A stretch of DNA of 63,466 nt, filler included, from Perkinsus chesapeaki ATCC PRA-425 (GCA_013115145.1; 7 parts of 7 records of this genome joined end to end with filler, not necessarily neighbours in it); one strand, 5' to 3'. Positions 10,926-22,842 are shown, numbered from the whole stretch's first letter. Notes: a model not told the origin generated them from the sequence alone. Translations and numbers: made by a program.

Positions 10926-13900
10926 CGAACAACTTCCTCCACCATGGAGCTACTGTAATCCTTGGCAGCTGCGGTCCTCTCTGCCTCTAAGGCTCTTTCC
11001 TAGACAACAAGCAGTACAACAGGGTACTTCCATTCAGTTATTTGTGGGAAGTAGCGAGCATGATAGATGACCTTCCACACAAGACAAGTGAATATAAAAT
11101 GCGCCTCCCGGGAATTGAACGCGGGCTGGATAGTGCCCGGTGGACACACTCAGCAAAGTTTGAACCGTTGTGACGAATGTCCTACTGTGAGAACAAATGC
11201 ACCGTCCGGGAATTGAACCCGGACCATCTGCTTGGAAGGCAGATATCCTAACCATTAGACCAACGGTGCACTTAACACTAAGGCGTAACCGAAGTAGACA
11301 TCGCAGTATAACGCGCGCAATGCCATGACGTCACCTGTGCCTTGGAGACTTCTTCACTGGCCCGAGCTGCTCGCAGTCGCTCTACTGCGAGAGACTCAGA
11401 TAGTGCTTTTGCTTCATTTGCAACACTATCTCGCTTTCCTTTCATACTTTCCAGGGCTGTACGCAAGCGTCGAGCTTCTGCGCGCTCAACCTCCAACGCC
11501 GATGCAAACTCAGTTAGGCGCGAAGCCTGGACACAAGAAATGTTGTCCTGCCAGACAGGCGGCAAAGGCGAGGAGCTGCCTGCATCTTTTCAGTTTATGT
11601 TAGTCGCGTGAGGGGACTGCGGCAGATCGACTACCTGGTTTCTGGTCTCAGCCAGCTCGGCCTCGAGCCGGTGCGCGGCCTCCCGTTTCGCGGATGCATC
11701 AGTGGCCACGAGGACCAATTCCTGGTAAATGGAACCAGAAGATAAAAGCTCAAATGGACACCACGGCCCCGCAGATACCTCATTGAGCTCACGCATCTCT
11801 GTTCTGTGCCTTTCATTAACAAGCTGCAGGTTGCGTTCGGCTTCCTGAGAGCGTTCTAACATTTCCGTCCGAAGACGATTAATCTCGCTCCTCGCGTCTG
11901 TCAGCTGGACCTGTTAGAGGCGCAGCTCTCCAAGAAATCTATTTCGCCAGAAACGATTGAACCACCTTGACATCTTCGATATGCTGCTCTTTTGCGCCAA
12001 TTTTCTCTTCGTGCATTCGTTTAACCTCTTCAAGCTCGGTCAGTGACTTCCGGTTACTCTGACTGACGAGGTTCTCGAGGTTTTCTCTCCACCCTTTGAA
12101 TTCGCTTTTGAACTCCTCCATAGTTCTAGTCATTGTCTCCTCGAGCTCCTGGCGATCGAGCCCCTGAAAGATGCTGGTGCTCAAGCTCGGCTTTCCGAGG
12201 CCGGGAAACTCAAGCCGCTCGGCTAGCTGGTATATGACCCTAGCTAGGATGCATGAAAGGGGCCCTAGGGTCTTACTACCGGAGAGGTCAAGCTGAGGCG
12301 CCTTTCGGTGCTGTCGATCGTGGCGATCTTAGGACGGTTTACAACCTTGCTCATACGCAAGGAGAACTGTAAAGTACTCATCGTTTGCCGGTACTCCGCC
12401 TCGCTCCTAATGGGCAGCAAAGAATCCCGATAATGTAAAGCACGTCGGTCAACTGGGCTGCAGATTCCCGGACGGACCACTGACTAACGTCTAAGCTCCA
12501 CTCCCACTCTGAAATATGTGGATAGTCAGCAAGAGTGAGCCAAATAGCAGTCGTAAGTCCAGCACTTGCGGGACGACACCTTGCGATCAGAGTCGCTATC
12601 GTCTAGTGGTTAGGACGTCACGTTGTGGCCGTGACAACCCCGGTTCAAATCCGGGTAGCGACTAGTATAACTCACCGCCTCTCCGGATTTATCGTTGCTA
12701 TCATACATGTCTTGCAGTTTCCTCCGAGGGAATCTTGGAGTAGGCGGGTGAGGAGGGACTCGCGATAAGGAACGTGCGAGCTGCCGCTGTTAAGAGCTTC
12801 CACAACCCGCCCCAACACGGACAAGCTTGTGTTTATCTCTCCTGCTTCCTTCACACCATCTTTGTTCACCTAACAAAGACGGCGACTCAATTCCTAGTTA
12901 AATACGATAGCGACCTCTACTTTGCTTCTTTTAACATTCTCGCTTCCAGCTAGGTCCACCAACACCAGCTTGGACCGTCTACCCGCGGGATTGGTATAGC
13001 TTATAGTGAAGACCGCATGTGACCGACTTGAAGACTCGTTACATTCTGTCTGTCGAAAATGGAGCATCTTGCAACCGTCTTCAAGAACCTTGAAAGTCAG
13101 ACGCTCATACTACAAAGCTATACAAATAATTTCTAATAGCGATGAACAATCATGAGGCACACTGAGGACGCTGATCCCGTTATAGCTGAGCATTACAGCC
13201 ACCAATCGTACACGGACTTTGATAAACTACTGAAGAGTAACACTTAGATGAACTCTCACCTCCAGTGCCTGGGACTCATCCTTGACAACCACCTCTTTGA
13301 TGCCCCTAACATGAATTCCGGAGCTGTTGCCACATATTTCCAGGCCGCTATTGCTAGACAGGGGCAGGGACGGCGTGTCGGTATTGAGAAGGTCCACCAG
13401 CTTTTTGCCATAGATCTCCAAGAAAGAGACCGATACTCTCGCTTTGGGCTTGGACTTCAACTTGTAAAAAATCTCCCCAAACGACTGTGGAATTATACCT
13501 GCTCATCAACGTCGTCCAGCACTGGGTCGCCCATGTCGCAATGTGAGTCGGGTTTTATAGAATACAGCCCCAGTCAACCCACCTCTGTTCAGTGCATTTC
13601 CCATCATCGTGTACGTTTTACCGCTACCTGTAACACCATACCTAACACAAAGTAAAAGTAAGAGGTGAAGAACCAGTCACACTAGATGAGGCAAAAATGA
13701 CCAACTGCGCACATTTCTGAGGATATCGTTTCAACCACAGCCGGAAACCTTTCGGCGAAGGGTGATCACCCGGCGTCGGCAGACTAGGGAAAAATACAAC
13801 TTGAAACACCCGTTAATGCTTTGAAGACAGTGAAGGGCTCTATCGACATACAAGCCCCATGGAGCCCAACTTACGCGAAAACAGCACCGTTAAAGCCCTC

Positions 13901-14476
13901 AAGGACGGCATCCAATACTTCGCCAACCGTCTTGTTGTACACGTCTTCTTGTGTGGCTTCGGGACCGAATACGTCCGAGTAAGATAGGAGATTCCTACCA
14001 ACTTGTACAGTCGCTTGAGTTGGATCCAAGGTGTACCTGAGCCATTCGACAATTGAAGAAATTCAGATAGTATAGAAGGCGTTCACCACTGAGAAGCTTC
14101 CCAACCCTGCTCCATAGTGGGCAAGCCGCTCTGTGCCACGCGACTGCTCACGTTCCCCTTCCTAGCAGTTCCCTGAGGTGGCAGTGGAGGCCGTGCACGA
14201 ATGACTACCTGTCACAGTTACGGAAATGCGCTTCATAGCGAGGAGAAGGCAAGCTTACTTTCACACATTCGGTTTTACCAGAGTGCTTGCCGACTCCCCC
14301 CACGGAAGATGACATCTAGAAAAGAGCAACTGAGGATACGCCCCAACCGAGAGAGTCTATGCCTCTCTCTTATCGACGTGCGCAGCACGAGGCAATGGCA
14401 CAGACTGCAATATCTTCTCATACGTACCGGCGTCAACTTATTGCCAATAAGATACTCTCTTCCCACTATTCTCCAT
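6916..14476 (-). CDS. Kinesin-like protein: N-terminal motor plus long coiled-coil tail, multi-exon; start and stop approximate
   Basis: Spliced motifs: VVIRARPP (~14210), [24 protein letters not shown]-loop [12 protein letters not shown] (~13600-13640), VSFLEIY..LVDLL, switch I NESSSRSH, switch [55 protein letters not shown]. Heptad-rich exons follow from 12180 downwards. Confidence 0.9.
11100..11126 (-). pseudogene. tRNA 3'-end relic (T-arm plus acceptor 3' strand)
   Basis: GCCCGCGTTCAATTCCCGGGAGGCGCA has a B-box/T-loop and a Gly-like 3' end. No matching 5' half lies upstream. Confidence 0.55.
11198..11269 (-). tRNA. tRNA-Gly(TCC), located in a kinesin intron (11000-11334)
   Basis: GCACCGT TG GTCTAATGGTTAGGAT A TCTGC CTTCCAA GCAGA TGGT CCGGG TTCAATT CCCGG ACGGTGC A: complete cloverleaf, anticodon TCC. 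Confidence 0.95.
12592..12663 (+). tRNA. tRNA-His(GTG), antisense inside a kinesin intron (~12407-12671)
   Basis: GTCGCTA TC GTCTAGTGGTTAGGAC G TCACG TTGTGGC CGTGA CAAC CCCGG TTCAAAT CCGGG TAGCGAC T: cloverleaf, anticodon GTG. Confidence 0.95.
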
Positions 14477-14627
14477 GTTTCGTCTCGCAAATGCCTGTAG
14501 ACAAATTTTCCTTAATTAAATAAACACAACGAGACACCCACAACGAGAAAGGAACATCCTGGTCAATGAAGGTTCGAAGAACAGAACCTTCTCGTATGAC
14601 AGGACAACAGAAGGGCAGTCAACAAGC

Positions 14628-15056
14628 TTATATGCTGGGACAACCATAGGGCTCACCGACGCAATCGGCATCGGTGCTGGCGAAGCATAGACTTCCATCA
14701 GCCTTCTTGATGATGCCGAAGCAGACAGGAGGATTCTGCCAGGTCTTGCAATAGGAACCCCACTTGGAAGTACTGCAGCTGGTCATACTGTTGCAGACAT
14801 CCTCACAACTCGGAGGTACCACAGGGCAAGAGACGGGTTCGTCAACGGAATCGTCACAGGAAGAGTCGGTTGGTTGGAAACAGTAACCGTCGCCTTTATG
14901 AAGGAGACCAAAACATACACCATTACCCTTGCAATAAGAGCCCCAACCATAGTCAGCGCAGCCGGGAGTTTCGTTACACAACTGCTGACAGTAATCGTCA
15001 GTGGAGTTGGCGAGAGCAACACCAAGAAGGGCGGTAAACAAGGCGAAAGACTTCAT
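14628..15056 (-). CDS. Secreted Cys-rich protein, 142 aa, intronless, two GSYCK..CFG repeats (surface-antigen-like), paralog 1
   Basis: Signal peptide MKSFALFTALLGVALA, then two ~60-aa units each containing C..LC/VC, WGSYCK, VCFG[LI] and CF. Clear paralog of 17145-17573 with identical length. Confidence 0.9.
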   Translation of the reverse strand: MKSFALFTALLGVALANSTDDYCQQLCNETPGCADYGWGSYCKGNGVCFGLLHKGDGYCFQPTDSSCDDSVDEPVSCPVVPPSCEDVCNSMTSCSTSKWGSYCKTWQNPPVCFGIIKKADGSLCFASTDADCVGEPYGCPSI

Positions 15057-15661
15057 TTTAAGAATACTACTGAAAGCAACAAATATACTACTACAACAAC
15101 TTGTGGAACTTGTCACGCTACGAGCACTATTAGCAGCGGGAAGCTCTGGGCTAGGCTCCACAGATCGAGACATGTTGCACAAAAAATCTCGTCGCAAGCT
15201 TCTTACCGCTATATCTCTTTGGACTGCAGGATCGGCTCCACGATTGCGTAGTAAGCTGCTACACAGCACAACGGTCGGAGCACTGGAAAGAAGGCGCCGT
15301 TTGCATCGTTTTCTCACCTGAGATACGCATGGGATAGGCACAACGCTTCCTCAAGAAGTACTTTACATCACTAGAAGGGACAGTCGCGCCCAGCATTCAC
15401 AACACAAAGCGATTGCTCATCGGTACAGAAATATTTCATGCTCGTGCTCACGAAGGTTGTAAACAGCACATTGAAAGTACACCTGAGATAGTATGATAAT
15501 GGTAGTGAGCTACTAGGTGCAAGGGCGAGCAAGCTCAAGGCCCGTTTACAATCCTAGGTTTCCACTACGTCCGCCTCCGGATAGCGATGCGGCCTGGGGA
15601 GTCGCTATGGTAGCTCCGACTTGCGGAGTAGCTCTGTTCGCTGTCTTCATCGCTATCAATA

Positions 15662-16934
15662 TCATCCGGATCCTCCCCCAGCTGTATCCGCTTCTGAGGC
15701 AGTAGGCTGGCGAGAGCGTTGGATCGAGAAATTCGATTGAGAAGTTACAGCAGGAATTGTGAAGGCAGCTGCTGACCTGATTGGCTGGTGAGAGGGATTG
15801 GAACCACGGTATGTCCTCAGCCTGGCAGCACTCTGTCCCATCCCCACCAGCCTCTACTACGTCTGAGAAACAGGAAGCTATGAACGCCAGCCATTAGCTG
15901 GAGCCACATTTTGCAGTTACAACTTACTCGCATAACTGTGCGCATATGGGATATTCGCGAGGCAGACAAATAGTGGAAGAATACCGAAAGGAATGACGAT
16001 GAGATGGATTCTTGAGCCGCAGTAATAAATGATGTCAATTGGGGCCGGTAGAACGTCTGCTCTGAAAAAGCGAATACCAGCATAGTAACACACAACTTCG
16101 CTAGTATGACACTTCAATACTAGTAGTATTGGTGCATTGAAGCAGCAAGCCGACAGAGCCACCGCTTAGATTCGATTCTCTATGGCAACCTGACAGCCTC
16201 ACGTTGCCATGTTTTCCATCATGGAATTGGCAAACGCAGCTGTTATCATCTTGGCTCCTTTCTTCACCGGCGCTTCGGTTGGATCGAGTGGGTCACCTTC
16301 CATCACAATATAATTCTGACACCAGAGAGGGTTGTAGGAAGACAGATGTCGACCATGTGAATACCCCTGGTAGGAGCAGAGTGTAGAACCGCTGAATTCT
16401 GAATGCAAAATGGCAACCGTAGACGAGCCACCTGAACAAAAGACATTCACCATGAAGGGTCCAGTTACACCGCGAGTAAAGTAAGTCCTACGTTAATCCG
16501 GTGACAAAGGCTAGTGCAGTGTAAAGCCGAGCAAAGGAATGCTTCCCAGGGCTGACTGGCATAGAGATACACGCCATTCCCACGAGGACGGTCACAGCGG
16601 AGACCGTCCAGGACATAATCGGCCCCCAATATAGAAGTTCTAAGTGAAATGCAGGGCCAGTTACAAATAGACCAAGGGAGTATTCATCCTCACCCGCGCC
16701 TAGCCAAGGGAGGTATTGGATCACCTCGTGTAGGTAGGCTTGCAAGATGATGGTGCAGTTAGTCAGAGAAACCACGGCCACAGATGTCACTCCTGCGATC
16801 ATACCTGAACAAGGATGCCGGGGATTTGGTGGCTCGGGAGGCAGACCGCGCTCACCTCCTCTGAGGTTACAGCAGCAACATCTACTGCAACTCATAAGAG
16901 AGCGGCGGAAAACTACAAGAACTGTCAGATCCAT
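15662..16934 (-). CDS. Hypothetical multi-pass membrane protein, multi-exon; 3' end uncertain
   Basis: 148-aa ORF with a CSRCCCC cluster and several hydrophobic segments, plus further open exon-like blocks at 16199-16453. Confidence 0.45.
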
Positions 16935-17144
16935 GAAGGCTTGATCTTAGTGTTTTTATACTGAGGAACGCAACATGGTAACAAAAGGAAGTTAAAACAA
17001 CGAATTATTATCGGCATTGCAAAGAGCAAGTTGCGCATTTGTTAAAAATAGAAAAATACCCATTTGAGCGGAGGGAGGAGCTCCAAGGGGAACCCCGTGA
17101 AGCTAAACCTCCCACCTTGCGGGCGCCACTTGAAATCACGAGAA

Positions 17145-17573
17145 TTAGAGATTGGGACATGAATAGGGCTCACCAACGCAGCCGGCATCTGTACTGGCAA
17201 AGCATAGGCTTCCATCAGCCTTCTTGATGATACCAAAGCAGACCGGAGGATCCTCCCAAGTCTTGCAATAGGAACCCCACTTAGAACTTCTGCAGCTAGC
17301 TAAACCGTTGCAGACATCCTCACAACTCGGAGGTACCACAGGGCAAGACACGGGCTCATAGACTGAGTCATCACAGGATGGATCAGTTGGCTGGAAACAA
17401 TAGCCATCATCTTTATTAAGGAGACCAAAGCATACGCCGTTACCCTTGCAGTAAGAACCCCAACCATAACTGGAACAAGAGGGAGTATCGTCGCATAGCT
17501 GCTGACAATACTCATCGGGGCTGGCCAAAGCGAAACCAAGGAAGGTGGTGGCAACAACTCCAAAGTACTTCAT
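17145..17573 (-). CDS. Secreted Cys-rich protein, 142 aa, intronless, paralog 2
   Basis: Signal peptide MKYFGVVATTFLGFALA. All Cys positions and both WGSYCK repeats are conserved with 14628-15056. Confidence 0.92.
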   Translation of the reverse strand: MKYFGVVATTFLGFALASPDEYCQQLCDDTPSCSSYGWGSYCKGNGVCFGLLNKDDGYCFQPTDPSCDDSVYEPVSCPVVPPSCEDVCNGLASCRSSKWGSYCKTWEDPPVCFGIIKKADGSLCFASTDAGCVGEPYSCPNL

Positions 17574-18335
17574 TTAATAAACTCGATTTAAAAAGATTCA
17601 AACTACAGGGAAGAACTCTGTATTCAATCTCACTGAACAAGATGTATTACCGAAGAGTAGTTTGTAACTAAAGTAGACAGCTAGCCTAGCATAGGACTGT
17701 ACTTCATTTGAAGTACACTCCTTTCTTGCATAACTGGACGCTAGTGATGGTGATGACCCGCGCTCCACCGAAGCGGCTCCGGAAGGTCGAGCCGTATGCC
17801 CCACGGTTGGACGAGCACCCAGTGACAGGTTCCCAGTCTGTAGCTCCCACAGATGTACCAACCCCTCAGTTTTTAGTCTCAACTGTAGAGAACATCAGTA
17901 AAATATCCAACTCGCACGTGAATCAACGGAAACGTCACCTAGTCACGAGAATAATTCACTTTAAACCAGCAATGCTAAGATGTTGCTTTACTTTATGGCT
18001 ATTTGCAGATTCACCTTGGAAAAGGACGACTTGATCTATCATCGCCCACCAATAGTTATCTACCAACTATAACCCTCATGCAGGGCCCCTTCAGCTGAAC
18101 GGAACGCATACTATAACGAGAATAACTCAATCTCATGGAACTAGCCAAATTACAGGTACCCAAGCCATCTCCTGGATTAAATATCAATTTGAATCCCCAC
18201 TTCGACAATAACTATAGATGCTACAACTTCCCAACCTCATCATTAATAATTAACTCCTAAACGAAACACGAGCCTTGATTGAGCGCATGAAAAGGACCAC
18301 CTCAAGAGAGCAATGGTACGAATAAAATGTAACCT

Positions 18336-18435
18336 NNNNNNNNNNNNNNNNNNNNNNNNNNNNNNNNNNNNNNNNNNNNTTAATTAATTAANNNNNNNNN
18401 NNNNNNNNNNNNNNNNNNNNNNNNNNNNNNNNNNN
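18336..18435. other. Assembly gap with TTAATTAATTAA linker (same at 35062-35161, 36889-36988, 50456-50555, 60880-60979, 62253-62352)
   Basis: 100-nt N runs with a central stop-in-all-frames spacer. Confidence 0.99.
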
Positions 18436-19069
18436 AGTCCATGCATCTCACGGTTTCGCCGAGGCGAGCGAATATATAGAATCTTTACAGTGCGAGATAT
18501 CAAGGACATCTGCGCAAACTGGGAGGATGAACGAGTATTTCGGAAGTGACATGTTGAAGGGAGGCACAACAGGTTTACTTGCACGACAATCGATAACCTC
18601 GAATCATACCATCCGTTAATCACATACGAACGTGACACGGCCATTTTGTATCAATGTCGTCGAGCACGTGCCCGCTAACCTTTTTGCAGAGCCGTAGCAT
18701 CTACCATGTACGTTACTGATCGCCCATAAAGGAACGCTAAGATGCTTTGTCATTACGGACGGTAGCGGCAAAGTGTTTCTGTCGATGTTTCGATGTCATG
18801 CATTCGGGAGGCACTGTGCCGAATGCGCGTTCAGACCGTGGCTGATTCACGGCTTTCGGTATTGATACCGAGATGCTCATTCGTTTGGTACATCGTCCGG
18901 TGAGGGAGCTGGTTTCTTCTAGGATACAATGACTACTTCATCATCAACAACACAATAGTCCATCTTGTATATAGCAAACGTACACTGTACTGAGATCAAC
19001 TATCCTCTTCACGGCAGACAAACCTTCTCTTGATTATGGTAATGAAATAACAAACATCAGTAGTAGTCG

Positions 19070-20189
19070 CTAGTTGTGAATGACCGCCAGAGCATTCGAT
19101 CTGAAATAAAATCGAAATAGATCAATCCAACAAAGAACGGCGAAGAAGTACAAGGGTTTCCAAAAAAGGTAATAAAGGGGATGGTTTCCTACAGCGTAGG
19201 GAGGAGGGTGGCCGTTATAAGAACTCCAAGGAAGGCACCAAATACTGTATCGCCAATCCAATGGAAACCAAAATAGACGCGAGCAAACATTACGCAGGGA
19301 ACCTGAAAATATAAAGATAGTTGTTCAAGAACCCGTGCGAGGGGGCCGATGCCGCCGACTATGATGGAAGTGAAAGGGGTTTATTACTACCAGAGCATAG
19401 GCCTTAGGCGTGTTATCACAGAATGCCAGAAAAGTAGCTAACGCGCCGGCTTGAACTGAATCCCCACTTGGAAAGGAAAAGTTACTCTCCATCCATCTTA
19501 AATTGACTTCTCTTGGAGCGGATGGATACGTCGGACGGACACGTTTGAAAACCTGAAACAATAGTCTGAGACGATCACAACTGTACGGTGATGAGGTCTC
19601 GAACGAAGGAGCTAAAAGCAGACCCTGCTGAGAACCCACTGAGGAATGGCGAGCAAGGCGAAAGGCTAAATGCTGGCTTTTTAGTCTGCCCAGTCGACTC
19701 CAGCACAGAGCCTGTTTTTGATGCACGACTGTATGTCGAGCGTGAAAAGAATCATGTTAGATAATCAAAAGATTCCAATGCTCACTCATACGGCAATGGT
19801 GATTCCGAGCCAATATGCTACCCGGCTACTACCTTTTTCAATGTGAGCGAAACTGCCACACAGAGAACAACGCATGTGGTGTACTCCAGTCCTCTTTGGG
19901 TGCCCATCTTGACGGTAATGATAACCGCCAAAAACGGCACAACGTAAGTAGAGCAAATTAAAGCCGGAATCGCCACAATGTAGTCAAGAACCCCGAGCTT
20001 CAAGGAATGGATGTAAGTTGCAGATATATACTGGTCAAATTTCGCAAGAGCGTTCGACGAGCTCTCGGCAGCAGCGGTAGGGGGTGCCTCCACCTCCATC
20101 GACCCCAAATCCTTCTTAGGGCTTTCAATTAGCGACTTATCCGGCGAATTACGTAAAGTCACCGTCTGGAGTGTATCAGATCGAGCCAT
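19070..20189 (-). CDS. PAP2-superfamily integral membrane phosphatase, at least 3 exons
   Basis: After splicing: C1 motif KKVFKRVRP, C2 motif SFPSGDS, C3 motif ARVYFGFHWIGDTVFGAFLG, with hydrophobic helices between them. Confidence 0.85.
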
Positions 20190-20861
20190 GCAAGATATTC
20201 AAGAACAGATAAGCTGAAGGAAAGTTAATTGTACCGGTGACAGCCAACAAACACGAACGGGTGTCTCTGAAACGACAAAAAAACACACAGGTCCCCTTCA
20301 CTAGGGCTTTATCTTAATCACAGTAACGCATGATGGGCATATGACAAGTGCAGCTCGACCACACGACTTGGGGCCATTCTAAGACGCTCTTTTCTCGATG
20401 AGTAGTTCAGGAACGGAGACTCACGACTAGCAAGTTGTCCACATGTTCGACATTCCGATGAGTTCCGCACTCCTTGCAGTTTATGATCACTTGTGTTTCA
20501 GGATCCTCCGCCTGCTGCTGTGATAAATCCACTTGTGACCGGTAATGAATCCGTGACACCTGATTGCAAAGTGAATAAAGATCTTTCATACACTACTACA
20601 GAAGCACCCTACCAAATAATGGGGATAGGAAAGATTTTATAAAATCGTCGATAGGAAAATGCTTGGGGAGTTTGTATACATTATTATAATAAATTCAGTA
20701 TTGCATGACTATAAAAACGATAACTAATACACGCCGGCAGACGACGTACAAATGCTCATGTTTAGCGCAATATTTCTGATCTTCGCATACTTTGTAATCA
20801 GCTTCGCTTTCGCCATGTAAACGAGTACAACGATGCTACGCGCTGCTTCGCTGCGAATAAT

Positions 20862-22319
20862 TTAAAGCTGCGTATTTTCGAACGTTGATCGACCCCTTTG
20901 TTCATAGGCATGCCGGAGGTATATTCCCAAATATATTTTCGTATCCACAATACCCCACATCACAGCCTCGGCCTTCTCGCCTACTACCATTCTCTCATTT
21001 ATAGTAGCTCCGGCAAATGTGCTAAACAGCGGCGTCTCTGCTGCCAGTTTCTCCTTCTCCTCATCAGACATTCGAGCCCCTTCATGCGTATGGTGGACGA
21101 AAGGCGACCTTGCTTCAGCAGCCTACGTCGAACCACCCCTAGATCGCAATAAGTTATGAAGCTCACCACCTGCTGTGGCTCCACCGATGTGACCTCCTTT
21201 ATGTAAAACTTCAACGTTCGTTCGATCGAGTCTTTTAAGGTCTTTGCTGACTGCGGGCATCTGATCGGGAGCCTCTTTGTCTCGAAAGTATGCCATAGGG
21301 ATGAAGCAGAGCAATCACAAGTCAGTATATAAGCAACTGTAGCCAGGAAGAACGATTCAGCGTGCTGACTCGTCGGGTTCAGGCAAAGATTATGACATTC
21401 AATTCCATTTAAAAATCTCTAAAAATATGACTTGAACGATGTGAACCACTAGGCAGGATACTTCTCAGGCAGATAAGACCAGGAGAATAATACTACCCTT
21501 CACAGGAACCATGTAGCGCCAGGGTCACCTTTCCCGTCTCGCTGTCAAACGCTACGAACTCGCAGTCCCCACCTGAAAACGGCCTGTAGCCATGCATATT
21601 AACCAACCGAGCACTTCTAAACACTGGAAGGCGAATTCTGCATCGATCATAGCAGCTGCAATATCGTACCATCTTGTGCAATAACCGGTCTAATTCTGTC
21701 ATCTAACAACGCCTGAATTCGCTTCTCCACTTCACTCTGCTCCGGAAGATCCTTCGCCTGGTCCAATTCAGATGTGCCCAAGAAGTCCTCCTGTGAAGGG
21801 AAGCCGTATCCCACTCGCTCACAAAAAATCTCACCTGAAGCCCCTCGGCGTTTTCTAATATACGTTGGAAAGCCTCTAGCTGACCCTTGCTGAATGCCTC
21901 GCTCTCGCTAACCATTCTAGGTGCCACAACTGACAGATGCGCTTCAATAAGGCATCCGAAATAAGGTCATACTTGATAAGAATCCTTCGCCAATCATAAC
22001 CTTCTCGACACCATCAACAGCGAGCAATTCCTTGGCAGCCCGCGGGCAGAACTCACTTGTCGCTGTGTATCTAACACCGAAACTACACACGGGCCACTAT
22101 AGTGTATAGTACACAACACACTGGAAAGTGTCCAGAAAGGACTGGACACTCGCCAGGACTGCGTACCTACGTTGTGGATCGCCTTCCTCCACTCCCAGAA
22201 CCACCGCCCTTGAAAGCCTCCGACGTGTACATAACCGCTAATGGATTCGGAGTGCTCTCCATCACCACTCTAGAGCGGATAGGTTTCGAACAGAAATACC
22301 GAAACGCAGTAGGCCGCAT
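20862..22319 (-). CDS. NFU1: Mitochondrial NFU1-type Fe-S cluster carrier (NFU N-domain + NifU-C domain); 3' end uncertain, may extend to ~20407
   Basis: Arg-rich presequence MRPTAFRYFCSKPIRSR. N-domain ESTPNP...AKELLAVDGVEKVMIGEGFLS. C-domain IQALLDDRIRPVIAQDGGDCEFVAFD..GKVTLALHGSCEGCPQSAKTLKDSIERTLKFYIKEV, with the CxxC split by an intron. Confidence 0.9.
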
Positions 22320-22842
22320 GCACAAAACTGAAAACCAAAAAAAGAAACTATCGCGATACCTTGCACGCATGCGCACGCTTGTGCGTGCGAGACCCACTAA
22401 CAGCAGCTGCGGGCAAAAGCCGGGAAATATTACAAGCTACATAAGGTCACAAATTGAGCGGTCTGGCAACTTTAAGAAGATGCCGGGATAATATCGCTAT
22501 TAAGCATGTCTCAACAACGCTTTAAGAGGAACAAGGTGTTATAACAAAACCCCAACAAGGGTATCTACATAACCCATTGAACAACTTATAACACACAGCG
22601 CCTGACCGAGACGTTTCTCAGTAACATGCGACTTATATGCGATGGGAGACAAATGACACAATGTCACACAATCTTGTCTCCGGTACTTGTAGCAAACGCA
22701 CAATTATCATGACTCGAAGATATATACTTATCGCGCTAAGTGTCACTTGTGAGATTCAGTGAAAAGCGGCTGACGATTCTAAGGAAAAGAAATACCGAAA
22801 TACATAGGTTAAAAGAGAAAAAGGAAGAGATAGATCAAACAA

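Noticed and set aside
15057-15341. 95-aa N-terminal extension in the 237-aa ORF 14628-15341
   Set aside because: The paralog at 17145-17573 and the signal peptide show the true start is the Met at 15056.
18336-18435. TTAATTAATTAA palindrome repeated six times in the window
   Set aside because: It is always centred in 100-nt N runs, so it is an artificial scaffold linker. ORFs running into it are artefactual at that end.
20407-20900. DNL/Tim15 zinc finger from HAYEQRG and VIINCKECG
   Set aside because: The two CxxC pairs with the required spacing could not be assembled. Kept only as an unassigned Cys-rich extension.
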